Positions 13,949 to 26,070 of a DNA stretch of 64,000 nucleotides are shown here, one piece after another; positions within the stretch are counted from its first letter, which is position 1; each line of letters starts with the position of its first letter. The notes under the pieces are model-generated. The model made no database searches and was not told where the DNA came from. It was given only the letters and a program-made list of their open reading frames with translations. The stretch spans positions 29,078,001 to 29,142,000 of the forward strand of contig OX597824.1 of assembly GCA_951406725.2 (NCBI GenBank). Direction: 5' to 3'. The stretch is from Octopus vulgaris (taxonomy: Eukaryota). A program made the position numbers and the translations under genes.

Positions 13949-14608
13949 TGCTTTCACTCTTTATCCCTGTATATTATTTCTTATAATCTGTGAATTCCTC
14001 TGTTTAGAAGTTTCATACATACTCACTGTATGTATACCTAGTGTACGGACATGCTATCATATCACTCGGGATATCCCCGAAATAGCTATAAGACCTCGAA
14101 TTCACCTTACCTTAATTAAATTATTATAAATGACTTGAGATACTCATCCTGCATTGATTTTGGTTGTCTTTTTCCTCTAATGTATACTTGCTAACACGGA
14201 AGTCTAATACTTATCCGTAGCTCCAGCCTCAGCTGTGAACTTGGAAACTAACGGATGACCAATTATACCACTTAGCATACCTATTCGTTTAGATCACAAG
14301 TGAACTAAACCCCACATATTCTCTCTATATATATTTTACTAGTTTACCCAAAGGCTAGGGCCATGCTGGAACACTGTCCTTCAGTGATGTGTGTGCATAA
14401 TGCCATGTAATCGTACAGAAGTTCTGTTTAAAATTACAAAAAGTTTATTAAAATTACTATATATACGCCTGGATGAATATATACAGTAAAGTCAGGGAAT
14501 AATTATACAGTCTTGTCACTGTAAAAGTAACTCAGCAATATTACACGTATGCATACATGTATACATATGTATACACACGCAAACACATATATATGTACAT
14601 GTCTGCAT

Positions 14609-14663
<55 letters not shown>

Positions 14664-14777
14664 CTTTTTTTAATAATTTTGATATATATTTATAATAATA
14701 TAAATTAATTAATCTTACGTATTCGCTTAAGTTTTTCATTGTATGATTTGCCTAATAGTGGTTTTATCTCTAATTTA

Positions 14778-14820
<43 letters not shown>

Positions 14821-14999
14821 TATATAGATCAATGATTCGTTGACCGTTGGAGAAATGATAATAAGGAAATAATTTTTTAAAAGCAGAATCTCATGAAAGA
14901 AAATTTTTGAGAAAATGATAAAATATATAAATATATATATAGAATAAATATATATTTTATATATTTTATCATTTTCTCATTTTATTAAAATTTTCTTCA

Positions 15000-15187
15000 T
15001 TTGAGTGTATCTTTCTGCACGCATTCTTTCTGTGTTTTTTTCTCTCTGTGTATCTTTCTGTTGAAGAGCGTAGGCTCGAAACGTTAAAGACTTGTTTTAT
15101 TTATATTTCCTGAGCGCCATACTAATACAATTGTTTGTTTGTTTTCCACCTGCCTTCGTCTTTTGTCTATTTTCATAAAGCTTCCCG

Positions 15188-15190
<3 letters not shown>
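15000..15190 (+). mobile_element. Penelope-like terminal fragment carrying a minimal hammerhead motif (15053-15090)
   Basis: TCTTT CTGTTGA A GAGC-GTAG-GCTC GAAA CG TT AAAGA; ends in (TA)n; homologs at 19.7, 49.0 and 62.3 kb. Confidence 0.7.
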
Positions 15191-15227
<37 letters not shown>

Positions 15228-15229
15228 TG

Positions 15230-15560
15230 AGTACCAGTACGCTGGTAGGGGAGGGTTTGGAATTTACCCGCATTAAACTGGATGTTGTTTCTTCCGTACA
15301 TTCATATATGGCATCTTGATCTTCCTGTAATAGATTAGGATCATAAGGTTCTTTGAATGCTTTTACTACTTCGTTGTCGTCGGCATGGTTAGTAAGTGTG
15401 ACTGTCCATGTAACTGATAGCACGTCTGAAACCACCACTTTGAATACCAACGACCCCAATAGACTCTCTTAATGCATTCCACTCCCCATTACTGTCTCTC
15501 TGTGGAAAGGACTCCCTAGTCTTCCACAGCTTCGCTCCTCTCTTTTAAGAAGTCCTGCAA
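15230..15560 (-). pseudogene. Decayed CR1/L2-type LINE reverse-transcriptase fragment
   Basis: SGMH*ESLLGSLVF...LTNHADDNEV...LLQEDQDAIYE resembles RT motifs SGVPQGSVLGPLLF...YADDTK...LQxDLDxIxEW. Confidence 0.7.
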
Positions 15561-15573
15561 CTACTCATATATA

Positions 15574-16141
15574 TTGGGTTGTCCGGAAAGTTCGTGCCGA
15601 TTATGTATAGTAGTTTAACTTTCGAATTATTTTAGAACATAGTTGAGTTCATAAAATAGGATTTTGCTACACCTCCATTTAGAGCACAGTTTAAGCTATA
15701 TTTTCGTGGAAAAAGGTTTATTTTCGTATAAATTGTGTTAATTCTGTAACCCTTTAAAATGGAAGATAAGAAAGTTCATTTTCGGCATTTGATGCTTTGG
15801 GAACCAGACAAAAATTGCTGCAGCTCGACTGGGAAGTGTTACCCCACCCTCCATATTCACCAGATATTGCTCCTTCGGATTTCCACTTATTCAGGTGGTT
15901 GTAGAATAGTCTTAATGGTAAACAATTCAATACCTTGGATGATGTATAAAGATACCATGATAAATTCTTTGTCATGAAACCACGTCAATTCTGGGAAGAC
16001 GGAAAGACGGAAGAAGGAAAGATGGAGACGCAATGTGCAACAAAATGGTTCATATTTAGTTGATTAAAAATGTAATGGCAAGTATTTATGGAACTTTTTG
16101 TTTCCTTTAAAAAATCGGCACGAACTTTCCGGACAATCCAA
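15574..16141 (+). mobile_element. Internally deleted mariner (mellifera-like) with intact ITRs and TA target duplication
   Basis: TA|TTGGGTTGTCCGGAAAGTTCGTGCCGATT ... AATCGGCACGAACTTTCCGGACAATCCAA|TA; MEDKKVHFRHLMLWE joined directly to LDWEVLPHPPYSPDIAPSDFHLFR. Confidence 0.93.
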
Positions 16142-16142
16142 T

Positions 16143-16271
<129 letters not shown>

Positions 16272-16336
16272 TGTACATATATCTGTGTTATAGGTGTGTG
16301 TATCTCTCTCTCTCTCACTCTGACTCTCTCTCTCTC

Positions 16337-16384
<48 letters not shown>

Positions 16385-17511
16385 AACACACATTGATATA
16401 TGCATGTATTTGTATACCTATACATACATATGTGTTCGCGGGTACTTATACATATTTCCTTAGCTAAGTGTTAATATATCGTTCGAATATACATCCGTGC
16501 TTTTCGCCTGCGTACACATTAATACAGCTCATACAGAGCATACAACGCAAGGATCGTGTTTATAAGCCGGTTTCTAATTTCGTATTTTGCACCTAATCTC
16601 CTATGTCGCCATGTTTTTATCACATCGACACATCGGTAATCATTTTGTTGCGAATCTCATAAGCCTGCTCAAAAACAATACGATATCTGACCGCTATCAA
16701 GGTGACCTCCATAACAGTTTAATCCCGTCATTGATATTCAATATTGCTTTAAATTCTTAGCACGTTTGCTTTTAGGTTAAATTCATGCTAACAATGACAT
16801 CTATTGTTCTACTTCTTAGCTTCCATTTATCAATACTCGGTTTTGTTACGCATCTTTTCAATTTATTAATAACAGTTTGTCTCCGCCATTGTTTGATGAC
16901 TTTTATTTATCTCGCCTCCTTTCATAGAGAGCCTACAATAAATATATATTGCGATTATTGGTTGATTTTATAAGCAACTAGTTTATTATCTTTATTTTTT
17001 TATTTTCGGGCCTTGTTGTACTATGATGTTTTCTGTGTGTGTATGTGTGTGAGTATGTGTGTGCGCGCGCGCTCTTTTAGTCTTTTCTTCTCTAAAAGAA
17101 TAGTTAATATTGGTACAGATATGTAATATTGATATTTATGTATTGTCTGATTTTTATTAGAAAACTTAACTTTCCCGGTATCTTTTGTTACTATTTTTTT
17201 AATAAATATATTAACATTGAATTTTATTCGAATATATTTTGTTTTAGATTAAATATTCTTTCCTTCCTTCTTGTATTTTTTTATATTGTTTCTTTACTTT
17301 AAAGATTTCCGAATTTGGTAATTATACAACTTGCATTCTATGTTGTATCAAATTTCACAGCAGATAATGGCTGTTCTTCATTTTAATTTTAACCCGTGGG
17401 TCTACTTATAGAAGTACATATGGATGTTTTGCTCAGAAATCGTAGTGATTGTTGTTGTTGTTATTGTTGTTGTTGTAGTTATTATCATTATTATTATTAT
17501 TATTATTATTA

Positions 17512-18077
17512 TGTTTTTCCCTTCTTTCTTCAAATTTTCTTCCGTTTCTCGCCGAGTGTTTTCCATACACCTAGGGCAGAGAAGATCATTGTATGCATTC
17601 CCAGATTACACACGCAAATTCACAGATAAAATATGTATTTAAAAATTAATAAATAAATAAATTCATGGATGGATGTTGTTTTCACAGCGATAATGCTCTT
17701 CTCAGTACATGAGCCGTTCCAGTTAATACGATTTTTTGCACTTCCTGTAGGGATGGTAAGCCTGGAATCATTTTCAAATAGGTTTCAATACCTTTTTTTT
17801 TTTTCCCGGAGATCCTACAATCACTGGTACTGTAGTCGCCTTGAGATGCCACATTTTTTCAATTTCTATTAGCAGGTCTTTATATTTACTAATCTTGTCA
17901 AATTCTTTCGCCGCTATATTGTGATCGCAAGGGATACTCATGTCAATTAATAAACACATCTTTTTTGTCTGATCTTTTATAATAATATCCGGTTTATTAG
18001 CTTTTATAGTCTTGTCGGTCTGTACGGGGACGTCCCATAGAATCGACACTTTTTCTCCCTCAGTCACAGCTTCAGGA
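17512..18077 (-). mobile_element. Third R4/Dong-like LINE 3' fragment
   Basis: ILWDVPVQTDKTIKANKPDIII...LIDMSIP...KISKYKDL...VPVIVG; (TAA)n flanks. Confidence 0.88.
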
Positions 18078-18086
18078 TTATTATTA

Positions 18087-18139
<53 letters not shown>

Positions 18140-18233
18140 GTTATTATTATTATCATTATTATTTTTATTTTTATTATCATCATCATCATCATTATTATTA
18201 TCATCATCATCATCCTCATTATTATTATTATTA

Positions 18234-18285
<52 letters not shown>

Positions 18286-18286
<1 letters not shown>

Positions 18287-19023
18287 GAGTAGTTTTATCT
18301 TTATCACGTGGTTTCACTGCACTACTGAGCGCAGCTCTGTTTGCCTTGGGCATGTGCTGTGGTTTGTTGTGATGCTCTTATGGTTACTGTATTGAAAGTG
18401 TCTTGCGTAGGATGTGTGCAGTGCCCAGTAGTGCAATTTTCTGTATGTTTATATATTTGTTAGTCCTGGTGTTTTTGTTATGTATTTTGTCTGAATATTT
18501 TTTCATCATACCTAATGCGCCTACAATGAAAAGAATTGTTACAGCTTTTAGACTATATATTCTAGTTATCTCTATTTCCAGATCTTTGTGTTTTGAAAGT
18601 TTCTCCGTTTCTTTGATACATCGATTAGAAAGCATTTTTTTCTTGGTGATCTCTGACAACTATATCTGGCCTATTGGTCTTAATTTCTCTATCTGTGTGT
18701 ATTGGCATATCCCATAGTATGATTGTTTTCTCATTATCTGTAACTTTTTTTCTGGCGTGTGCCTATACCATCTATTTCTGTTGTTATCCCGTAGTGTTGG
18801 CATAACTTCCAGTCTATATAGGTTCCAGTGTATATAGGTTCCCATGCTATCGTCTCTGTGAATATATTCCTTCTTAACCAGGACTGGGCAGCCAGAGACA
18901 ATATGATTTATTGTTTCTTCTCCATCTCCACATATTCTGCAGTTACTTGTATTTCCTTTCATTACATGTTTTTTGTAATTTATTGCGGGAAGGCTTTGAT
19001 CTTGTGCAGTAATTAAAAATCTT
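18286..19023 (-). mobile_element. R4/Dong-like LINE 3' fragment, same family as 7032-8627, more decayed
   Basis: CRICGDGEETINHIVSGC and IQKIALLGTAHILRK; 3' UTR (GAGCGCAGCTCTG...) homologous to 7032-7130. Confidence 0.9.
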
Positions 19024-19040
19024 TGTTGGGCACAGACTTG

Positions 19041-19210
19041 TTTGTGTGGTAAGAGACTTACTTCCTAACCACATAATTCCGGGTTTAGTCCTATTGTGTG
19101 ATATCTTGGCTGAGCGTCTTCTAGTATAGCCTCGGGCCAAGCAAAGCCTTGTAAGTGGATTTGGTAGTCGGAAATAGAAAGAAACCCGTCGAATATATAT
19201 GTAGAGTAGT

Positions 19211-19263
<53 letters not shown>

Positions 19264-19268
19264 GCAGG

Positions 19269-19304
<36 letters not shown>

Positions 19305-19643
19305 TAAACAGGCAGGCAGGCAGACAGACAGACAGATATAAAATATATAGATATAAAGAACGATATATTCGTGAGCAGAGGCGTTCGTAAACCGAAGTTC
19401 TACTGTTTTTATGTAAGTGTGTCCTTGTGTCTGCTTTTGTACCCCCACCACCACCACCATCATCTGACAATCGCTGTTGGCATGTCTACATTCCCGTAAC
19501 TTATCAGTTTGGCCAAAAACGTTGATAAAATGAGTACTAGGGCTACAAAGAATGAGTCTATTTCTTCGACTAAAAAACCCATTAAGGCGGTGCTCCAGCA
19601 TGGCCGCAGTCGAATGACTTAAACAAGTAAAAGAATAAAAGAA
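19041..19643 (+). mobile_element. SINE family A, diverged, with expanded internal GA/GACA repeats
   Basis: Head and tail both align to the other family A copies. Confidence 0.8.
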
Positions 19644-19659
19644 TATATATATATATATC

Positions 19660-19860
19660 AGTCACCATGATAGATCGCTAGCCACTAAACGTTTTGGATT
19701 TTATTTTCTCTCTCTCTGTATATTTCTGTGTTCCTTCCTGTTGAAGAGCGTAGGCTCGAAACGTAAAAGAAATTCTTACATCCCGATCATTAAACTAATA
19801 CATGTTGTTTACACACCAGTGTTCTTTTGATTTTGGGTTTTTTTCGTAAATTCCCACTAT
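19660..19860 (+). mobile_element. Penelope-like fragment with hammerhead motif (19733-19770)
   Basis: CTGTTGA A GAGCGTAGGCTC GAAA CG TA AAAGA; flanked by TA repeats. Confidence 0.65.
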
Positions 19861-20668
19861 ATATTGTTTTGTTTACGTCGTCATTTACTAATCACTACAG
19901 CAAAAGAGGCCAACGGTATCAATAAAAGGCTTAGAGAAAGGAACTGGGTCGATTCTTTCGTCGAAAACACTTCAAGACGGTCGGTCCCTCGACCTGGCCG
20001 CAACCTGAACACCGAAACATGTAAAACAAAAAAAAATAATGATAAATAAAATAACATCATAAATAAAATTTAAAAAACAACAAAACTCGAGAAATACCCA
20101 ATATATCGAGATTATTATTTAAATTATGTGAAAATGGCTTTCCATTGACAAAATCTAATTTTCTGACACCTAATATTTCAAGTTGCTGCGTCAGCAAACA
20201 AATCAAGATTGCTAAAGTTAAAAGGTTAAAGAAGATTATATTTATCATCTGCTTATAATAAACGAAGCATTCTAATGAAAACTAATAAAGAAAACTTATT
20301 CTCAGCATTAGCAGAGACTGTCAGAATTTTACGTGGAAATTAATTGAGAAAATTGTCAGAACTTCATGTTCACCCGAGTAATCATTATTTTTTGGAGGAA
20401 TGGAGCGTATATGGGAATATCGTTTATGCTGCGATGATAAAATCTATAATAAAATAATTCGCTGATATAAATGCTGGCGAATGTTTGGGCATATACTCGC
20501 GCAACATACATGTATACATCGATATTTATTTACATGCATACATATATATATAAATATGTGTGTGTGTGTGTGTGTATGTATACATTTGTATATGTATACA
20601 TATGTATACATATGTATACATTGGTATATTTATATATATATACACACAATATACATATACAAATGTAT

Positions 20669-20706
<38 letters not shown>

Positions 20707-20730
20707 TTATATATATATATGTATGTATGT

Positions 20731-21122
20731 GACTGTGTGGTAAGTAGCTTGCTAACCAACCACATGGTTCCGGGTTCAGTCCCACTGCGTGGCATCTTGG
20801 GCAAGTGTCTTCTGCTATAGCCCCGGGCCGACCAATGCCTTGTGTGTGGATTTGGTAGACGGAAACTGAAAGAAGCCTGTCGTATATATGTATATGTATA
20901 TATGTATGTGTGTGTGTGTTTGTGTGTCTGTGTTTGTCCCCCTAGCATTGCTTGACAACCGATGCTGGTGTGTTTACGTCCCCGTCACTTAGCGGTTCGG
21001 TAAAAGGGTCCGATAGAATATGTACTGAGCTTACAAAGAATAAGTCCCGTGGTCGATTTGCTTGACTAAACGCGGTGCTCCAGCATGGCCGCAGTCAAAT
21101 GACTGAAACAAGTAAAAGAGTA
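20731..21122 (+). mobile_element. SINE family A
   Basis: Near-consensus head, body and tail. Confidence 0.92.
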
Positions 21123-21161
21123 AAAAAGAGGATATAAATACATCTGTGTGTGTGTAAACAT

Positions 21162-21375
21162 ATTCTTTTATTCTTTTTACTTGTTTCAGTCATTTGACTG
21201 CGGCCATGCTGTAGCACCGCCTTTAATCGAGCAAATCGACCCCAGGACTTATTCTTTGTAAGCCTGGTCCTTATTCTATCGGCCATTTTTGCTGAGCCGC
21301 TAAGTTATGGGGACGTAAACACACCAGTATCGGTTTTCAAGCGAGATTGGGGGAGGGACAAAAACAGACACACAA

Positions 21376-21454
<79 letters not shown>

Positions 21455-21608
21455 CCTCAGGCTTCTTTCAGTTTCCGTCTATCAAATCCACTCACAAGAC
21501 TTTGGTCGGCCCGAGGCTATTGTAGAATACACTTGCCCAAGGTTCCACGCAGTGGGACTGAACCCGGAAGTGTGTGGTCAGTAAGCAAGCTACTTACCAC
21601 ACAGCCAC
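21162..21608 (-). mobile_element. SINE family A, inverted relative to 20731-21122
   Basis: Reverse complement of the same consensus. Confidence 0.92.
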
Positions 21609-22283
21609 TACATGCTAGAAATAGCCCCTACATGCTTGAGATAGACGTGAAATGACTCTAAAAAACACCGCAAATTGCACTCCGTTAGCACAAGTCAAAA
21701 AGCGAGGAAATGAATAAAAGAGATTGAGTAAAAATACTTTTTTGAAGTTATTTCTAGATCGTCCGACTTCTGGTTTAATAATACAATTACTTTACCGTCA
21801 TCAGTAGACGATGGTAAATTTCCACGTGACGCAACCTCAGCGTGTGTTAGCATATCCACTAACCAAGGTATTTCGAGATCTCCTTCTATAGATGGAACGC
21901 CAGACCAGTGAAATGAATCACATTATTCTAGCTTGCTTAAGCATGTGTGTTTGGCACTATAATTCAATTTACTCTTCTTGTTTGTATTTATTGTGGAAGA
22001 TTATTGTCTGTTAATTTATAAATTTATTAAAGCCTAAGTCATCTTTAATTGCCACCCTTCCCGGTCTTCGATACTTGTTTGACTATTCTTCGTCTTTTCT
22101 TCTTCTTGGTCTTTCTATGTTTTGTACGTGTCTTCGTAGCCAGTCTACTACAGTCAGGAGCAAGCTTGGTTCAACAAAGAATTTCACTTGTGAAGAGTGA
22201 GGAAGTGGTATCCACGTAACAACTTGTAACATAACAATTATATGAATATTATATGCCTTCGAAAGATCGGTAACTGGTTACTA

Positions 22284-22349
<66 letters not shown>

Positions 22350-22608
22350 GTGTGTGTGTCTGTGTGTGTGTATTTATGTTTTACTCCTTTGAATCTTTAG
22401 ACTGCGGCCATGCTATGGCTTCGCCTTGAAAAATTTTAATCCAAAGAATTGATTCTTCTGATAATAGTTATTTTTTTAAAATATTTGTACTTATATTATC
22501 AGTCCATTTCTTAACACACTCACACCTGCGCCGCTCTCTCTCTATATATATATATATGTATGTGTGTGTGCGTGTGTGTGTATGTGTGTGTGTATACATA
22601 TATATGTT

Positions 22609-22663
<55 letters not shown>

Positions 22664-22851
22664 CAAAGCAGGAAACACCTGAGGGCAGCAACGTCAAACT
22701 CCCTCATCACCACGCGTCACATATCAGAGGAGGTTTAGTGGAAGTGTAGCAAAGGAAACGGCGGTGCCCCAGCATGGCTGCAGTCCTCGGTCTGAAACTT
22801 ATATATAAGTGTGTATAATATAAAATATAAGCATACTGTATATGTATATAT

Positions 22852-22882
<31 letters not shown>

Positions 22883-22892
22883 CACACACACA

Positions 22893-22971
<79 letters not shown>

Positions 22972-22973
<2 letters not shown>

Positions 22974-23322
22974 CAATTGCAGCGTGGAAGGTGTTTATAA
23001 GCCATTTAAGAAACACACAAAAGCCGTTCGATTCACTTCAACATTTAAGTTTAATTTGTCAAAATATTTTCGTTGCTTAAATCCGCGACCTGTTCACTGA
23101 CAAAAATCCGTGCTACTCAGATGAAGCACGGATTTTTGTCAGTGAACAGGTTGCGGATTTAAGCGACGAAAATATTTTGACAAATCAAACTTAAATGTTG
23201 AAGTGAATCGAACGGCTTTTGTGTGTTTCTTAAATGGCTAACAAACGCCTTCCACGCTGCAATTGTTTTCGTTCCAGCACACGATCTCAGATCAAATCAC
23301 TTGCTATGCGAGTACATCTCCG
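22972..23322 (+). mobile_element. Penelope-like inverted-repeat element: ~143 bp arms plus unique tail, with a hammerhead-like motif in each arm
   Basis: Arms 22972-23114 and 23125-23267 are near-exact reverse complements; element sits in (TA)n. Confidence 0.7.
23135..23184 (+). ncRNA. Candidate minimal type-I hammerhead ribozyme, G3:C8 variant
   Basis: UUUGUCA GUGAACA G GUUGC-loop-GCGAC GAAA AUAU UU UGACAAA; stems I and II pair and stem III is palindromic. Confidence 0.65.
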
Positions 23323-23402
23323 TATATATATATATATACACAGACATATATATATTTATGTGTGTATATATATGTATATATATATATGAAGGTATGTATG
23401 TA

Positions 23403-23485
<83 letters not shown>

Positions 23486-23965
23486 TATCTTGATATAAAA
23501 TATAATTCGCCAATGACCAGCAAAACGTCGAAAACGCAATCAATTTTTTCTGCTCACTTTTATCTCCTAATAAGCGTATGTGTGCATATTCGCGTGTGTG
23601 TGTGTGTTTGTGTGTTGGCGCGCGCTCCTGCGTGTGTGTGTGTATTTCATACACGCATATATTCGTATGTTGAGCGTCTGTACCTGCGTATATGTATATA
23701 TGCCAATATATCACTTTATATTTTGTTTATTTATCTGTTTTTCTTTGTCTTTTTGCTTTTTGAGTTTTTTTGGAGACACGGATATATATATCTCTTTACT
23801 GCCCACAAGGGGCTAAACATAGATGGGGGGGGGGTACGGATATATGACGTATATAAGTGAGAAGGCTGTGTTGTGACAGCAATTAATTAAGCTTGTCTGT
23901 TACAAATGGAAACCAGCGCCATGCAGCGTTCTGTGATACAGTTCTGTCAGGAAATGTGAGAGTCA

Positions 23966-24616
23966 TACGTACACACATACATACATACATACATACATAC
24001 ATACATACATACATACATACATACATGCATGCATACATACATACATACATACATACATACATACATACATACATACATACGTACATACATACATACATAC
24101 ATACATACATACATACATACGTGCATACATACATACATACATACATACATACATACATACGTGCTTACATACATACATACATACATACATACGTGCATAC
24201 ATACATACATACATACATACATACATACATACATACATACATTCATACATACATACATTCATACATACATACATACATACATACATACATACATACATAC
24301 ATACGTACGTACGTACATACATACATACATACATACATATATGCATACGTACGTACATACATACATACATGCATACATACATACATTCATACATACATAC
24401 ATACATACATACATACATGCATACATACATACATACATACATACATACATACATACGTACGTACGTACATACATACATGCATACATACATACATTCATAC
24501 ATACATACATACATACATACATACATACATACATACATACATACATACATACATACATACATACATACATACATACATACATACATACATACATACATAC
24601 ATACATACATACATAC
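23966..24616. repeat. (TACA)n microsatellite, ~650 bp
   Basis: Direct reading; source of the HTYI/MYVC ORFs. Confidence 0.97.
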
Positions 24617-25112
24617 GGAGAGAGTGGAAGAGACAGGTAGAAAACTAAGAACAACAACAATAGGCAGGGACGGGAATAACCAAATTTTATAGAGAGATAA
24701 GAAGAATGACACAAATATAACATAAGCGTAAAGAGAAAGTTCGATGGCGTTTAGAGTAAAATCGAGGGAGCGAGAAAAAGTTGTAACATGTTGCAATAAA
24801 TAAATAAATAAATAAATAAGTAAATAAATAAATAAATAAAAATATAAATGAATGCATAAATATATGTAAATACGCGAGTGGGTGTCTTGTCACTTGTTAG
24901 AATAAAGTTATTGTTTAGAAGGAATTGTCCGGATGTAGATAATAGTGGAATTGTTTAAATTGATACGAAGCAACAGCAAAATAAGTCTCTTTATAAAAGG
25001 CCGTTTTATTTGTTTATATTTATGTATGTAAGAGTGCATGTATGCATGTATGTATGTATGTATGTATGTATGTATGTATGTATGTATGTATGCATGTATG
25101 TATGTATGTATG

Positions 25113-25177
<65 letters not shown>

Positions 25178-25178
25178 A

Positions 25179-25234
<56 letters not shown>

Positions 25235-25236
25235 TG

Positions 25237-25646
25237 TTATGTTATAGAGCAGTTACTGTTTATATCTCGCTTAGAGATTTATTATTGCTTTCGAACGGTT
25301 TTTCTACATCAGTAAATGTGTTTACTGTGAAAATCCCTAAATATATAGCCTGTACAGAGAGTTATTCGTCGGAGAGCGGTGCTTACCATGCGTTGATAAT
25401 AGGCAAATACCTTGAAACCTGGTCCGTATGTAGCATCCGCTTCTTCGGGGAATGATCTCCCTTTGCAGGCTAGAGGACACCGAGATGGTGTCAGCCCTCC
25501 TGGTGACGTTGATGATCGCCTGGGGCTAAATGCATCAGTAACACCCCCACCGCCCTGCCCTGTCCCTAGCCACATTCAGATGGCTGATGCCCCTTATGTT
25601 ATAGAGCAGTTACTGTTTATATCTCGTTTAGAGATTTATTATTGCT
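25237..25646 (-). mobile_element. Short element with 53 bp direct terminal repeats and a degenerate hammerhead (retrozyme or pLTR-like)
   Basis: 25237-25289 equals 25594-25646 with one mismatch; minus strand reads TTA CTGATGT A GAA..TTC GAAA GC AA TAA at 25281-25316; inserted in (TA)n. Confidence 0.6.
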
Positions 25647-25714
25647 ATATATATATATATATATATATATGCAAGTTTATATATTATATATAAATAAATA
25701 AAAATAAATGTGCC

Positions 25715-25836
25715 CTTTTTAAAGCCTAGCCAGGCTCATGGGCTCGGTTTCCCCGTTTCTATGGCTTATGTGTTCTCCAGCTGGACGGGACGCCAGTCCA
25801 TCGCAGTGTTACTCATTTTTGCCAGCTGAGTGAACT
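25715..25836 (-). mobile_element. CORE-type SINE 3' fragment
   Basis: CTGGACGGGACGCCAGTCCATCGCAG...CAGCTGAGTGAACT resembles a CORE-SINE body; a related motif occurs at ~30210. Confidence 0.5.
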
Positions 25837-26070
25837 TTTATACTTTTATGTATATATATTTCTCTTTTTTTTAAAGTTTGAGTGCTAGTTCGTCCTTTAA
25901 TTGGAGTAATTTCTAAAGATTTCCAACATTGTTTCTTCATACTTTACTTTTGAATTTCTTAGTGTAAATTAGTGTAGATTTGAAAACTTATAAAGAAATA
26001 TTAAGTATATGATCTAACTTATTGAACACAGTTCAACAAATCCATTCATATTTATGTAAATTGAGGTGAT

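Noticed and set aside
22197-22232. Hammerhead-like GTGAGGA A GTGG-TAT-CCAC GTAA CAA-C-TTG TA
   Set aside because: Stems II and III fit, but there are two core mismatches and no stem I; possibly a decayed copy, not supportable alone.
23893-24796. 250-277 aa HTYI/MYVC ORFs
   Set aside because: Translations of (TACA)n.
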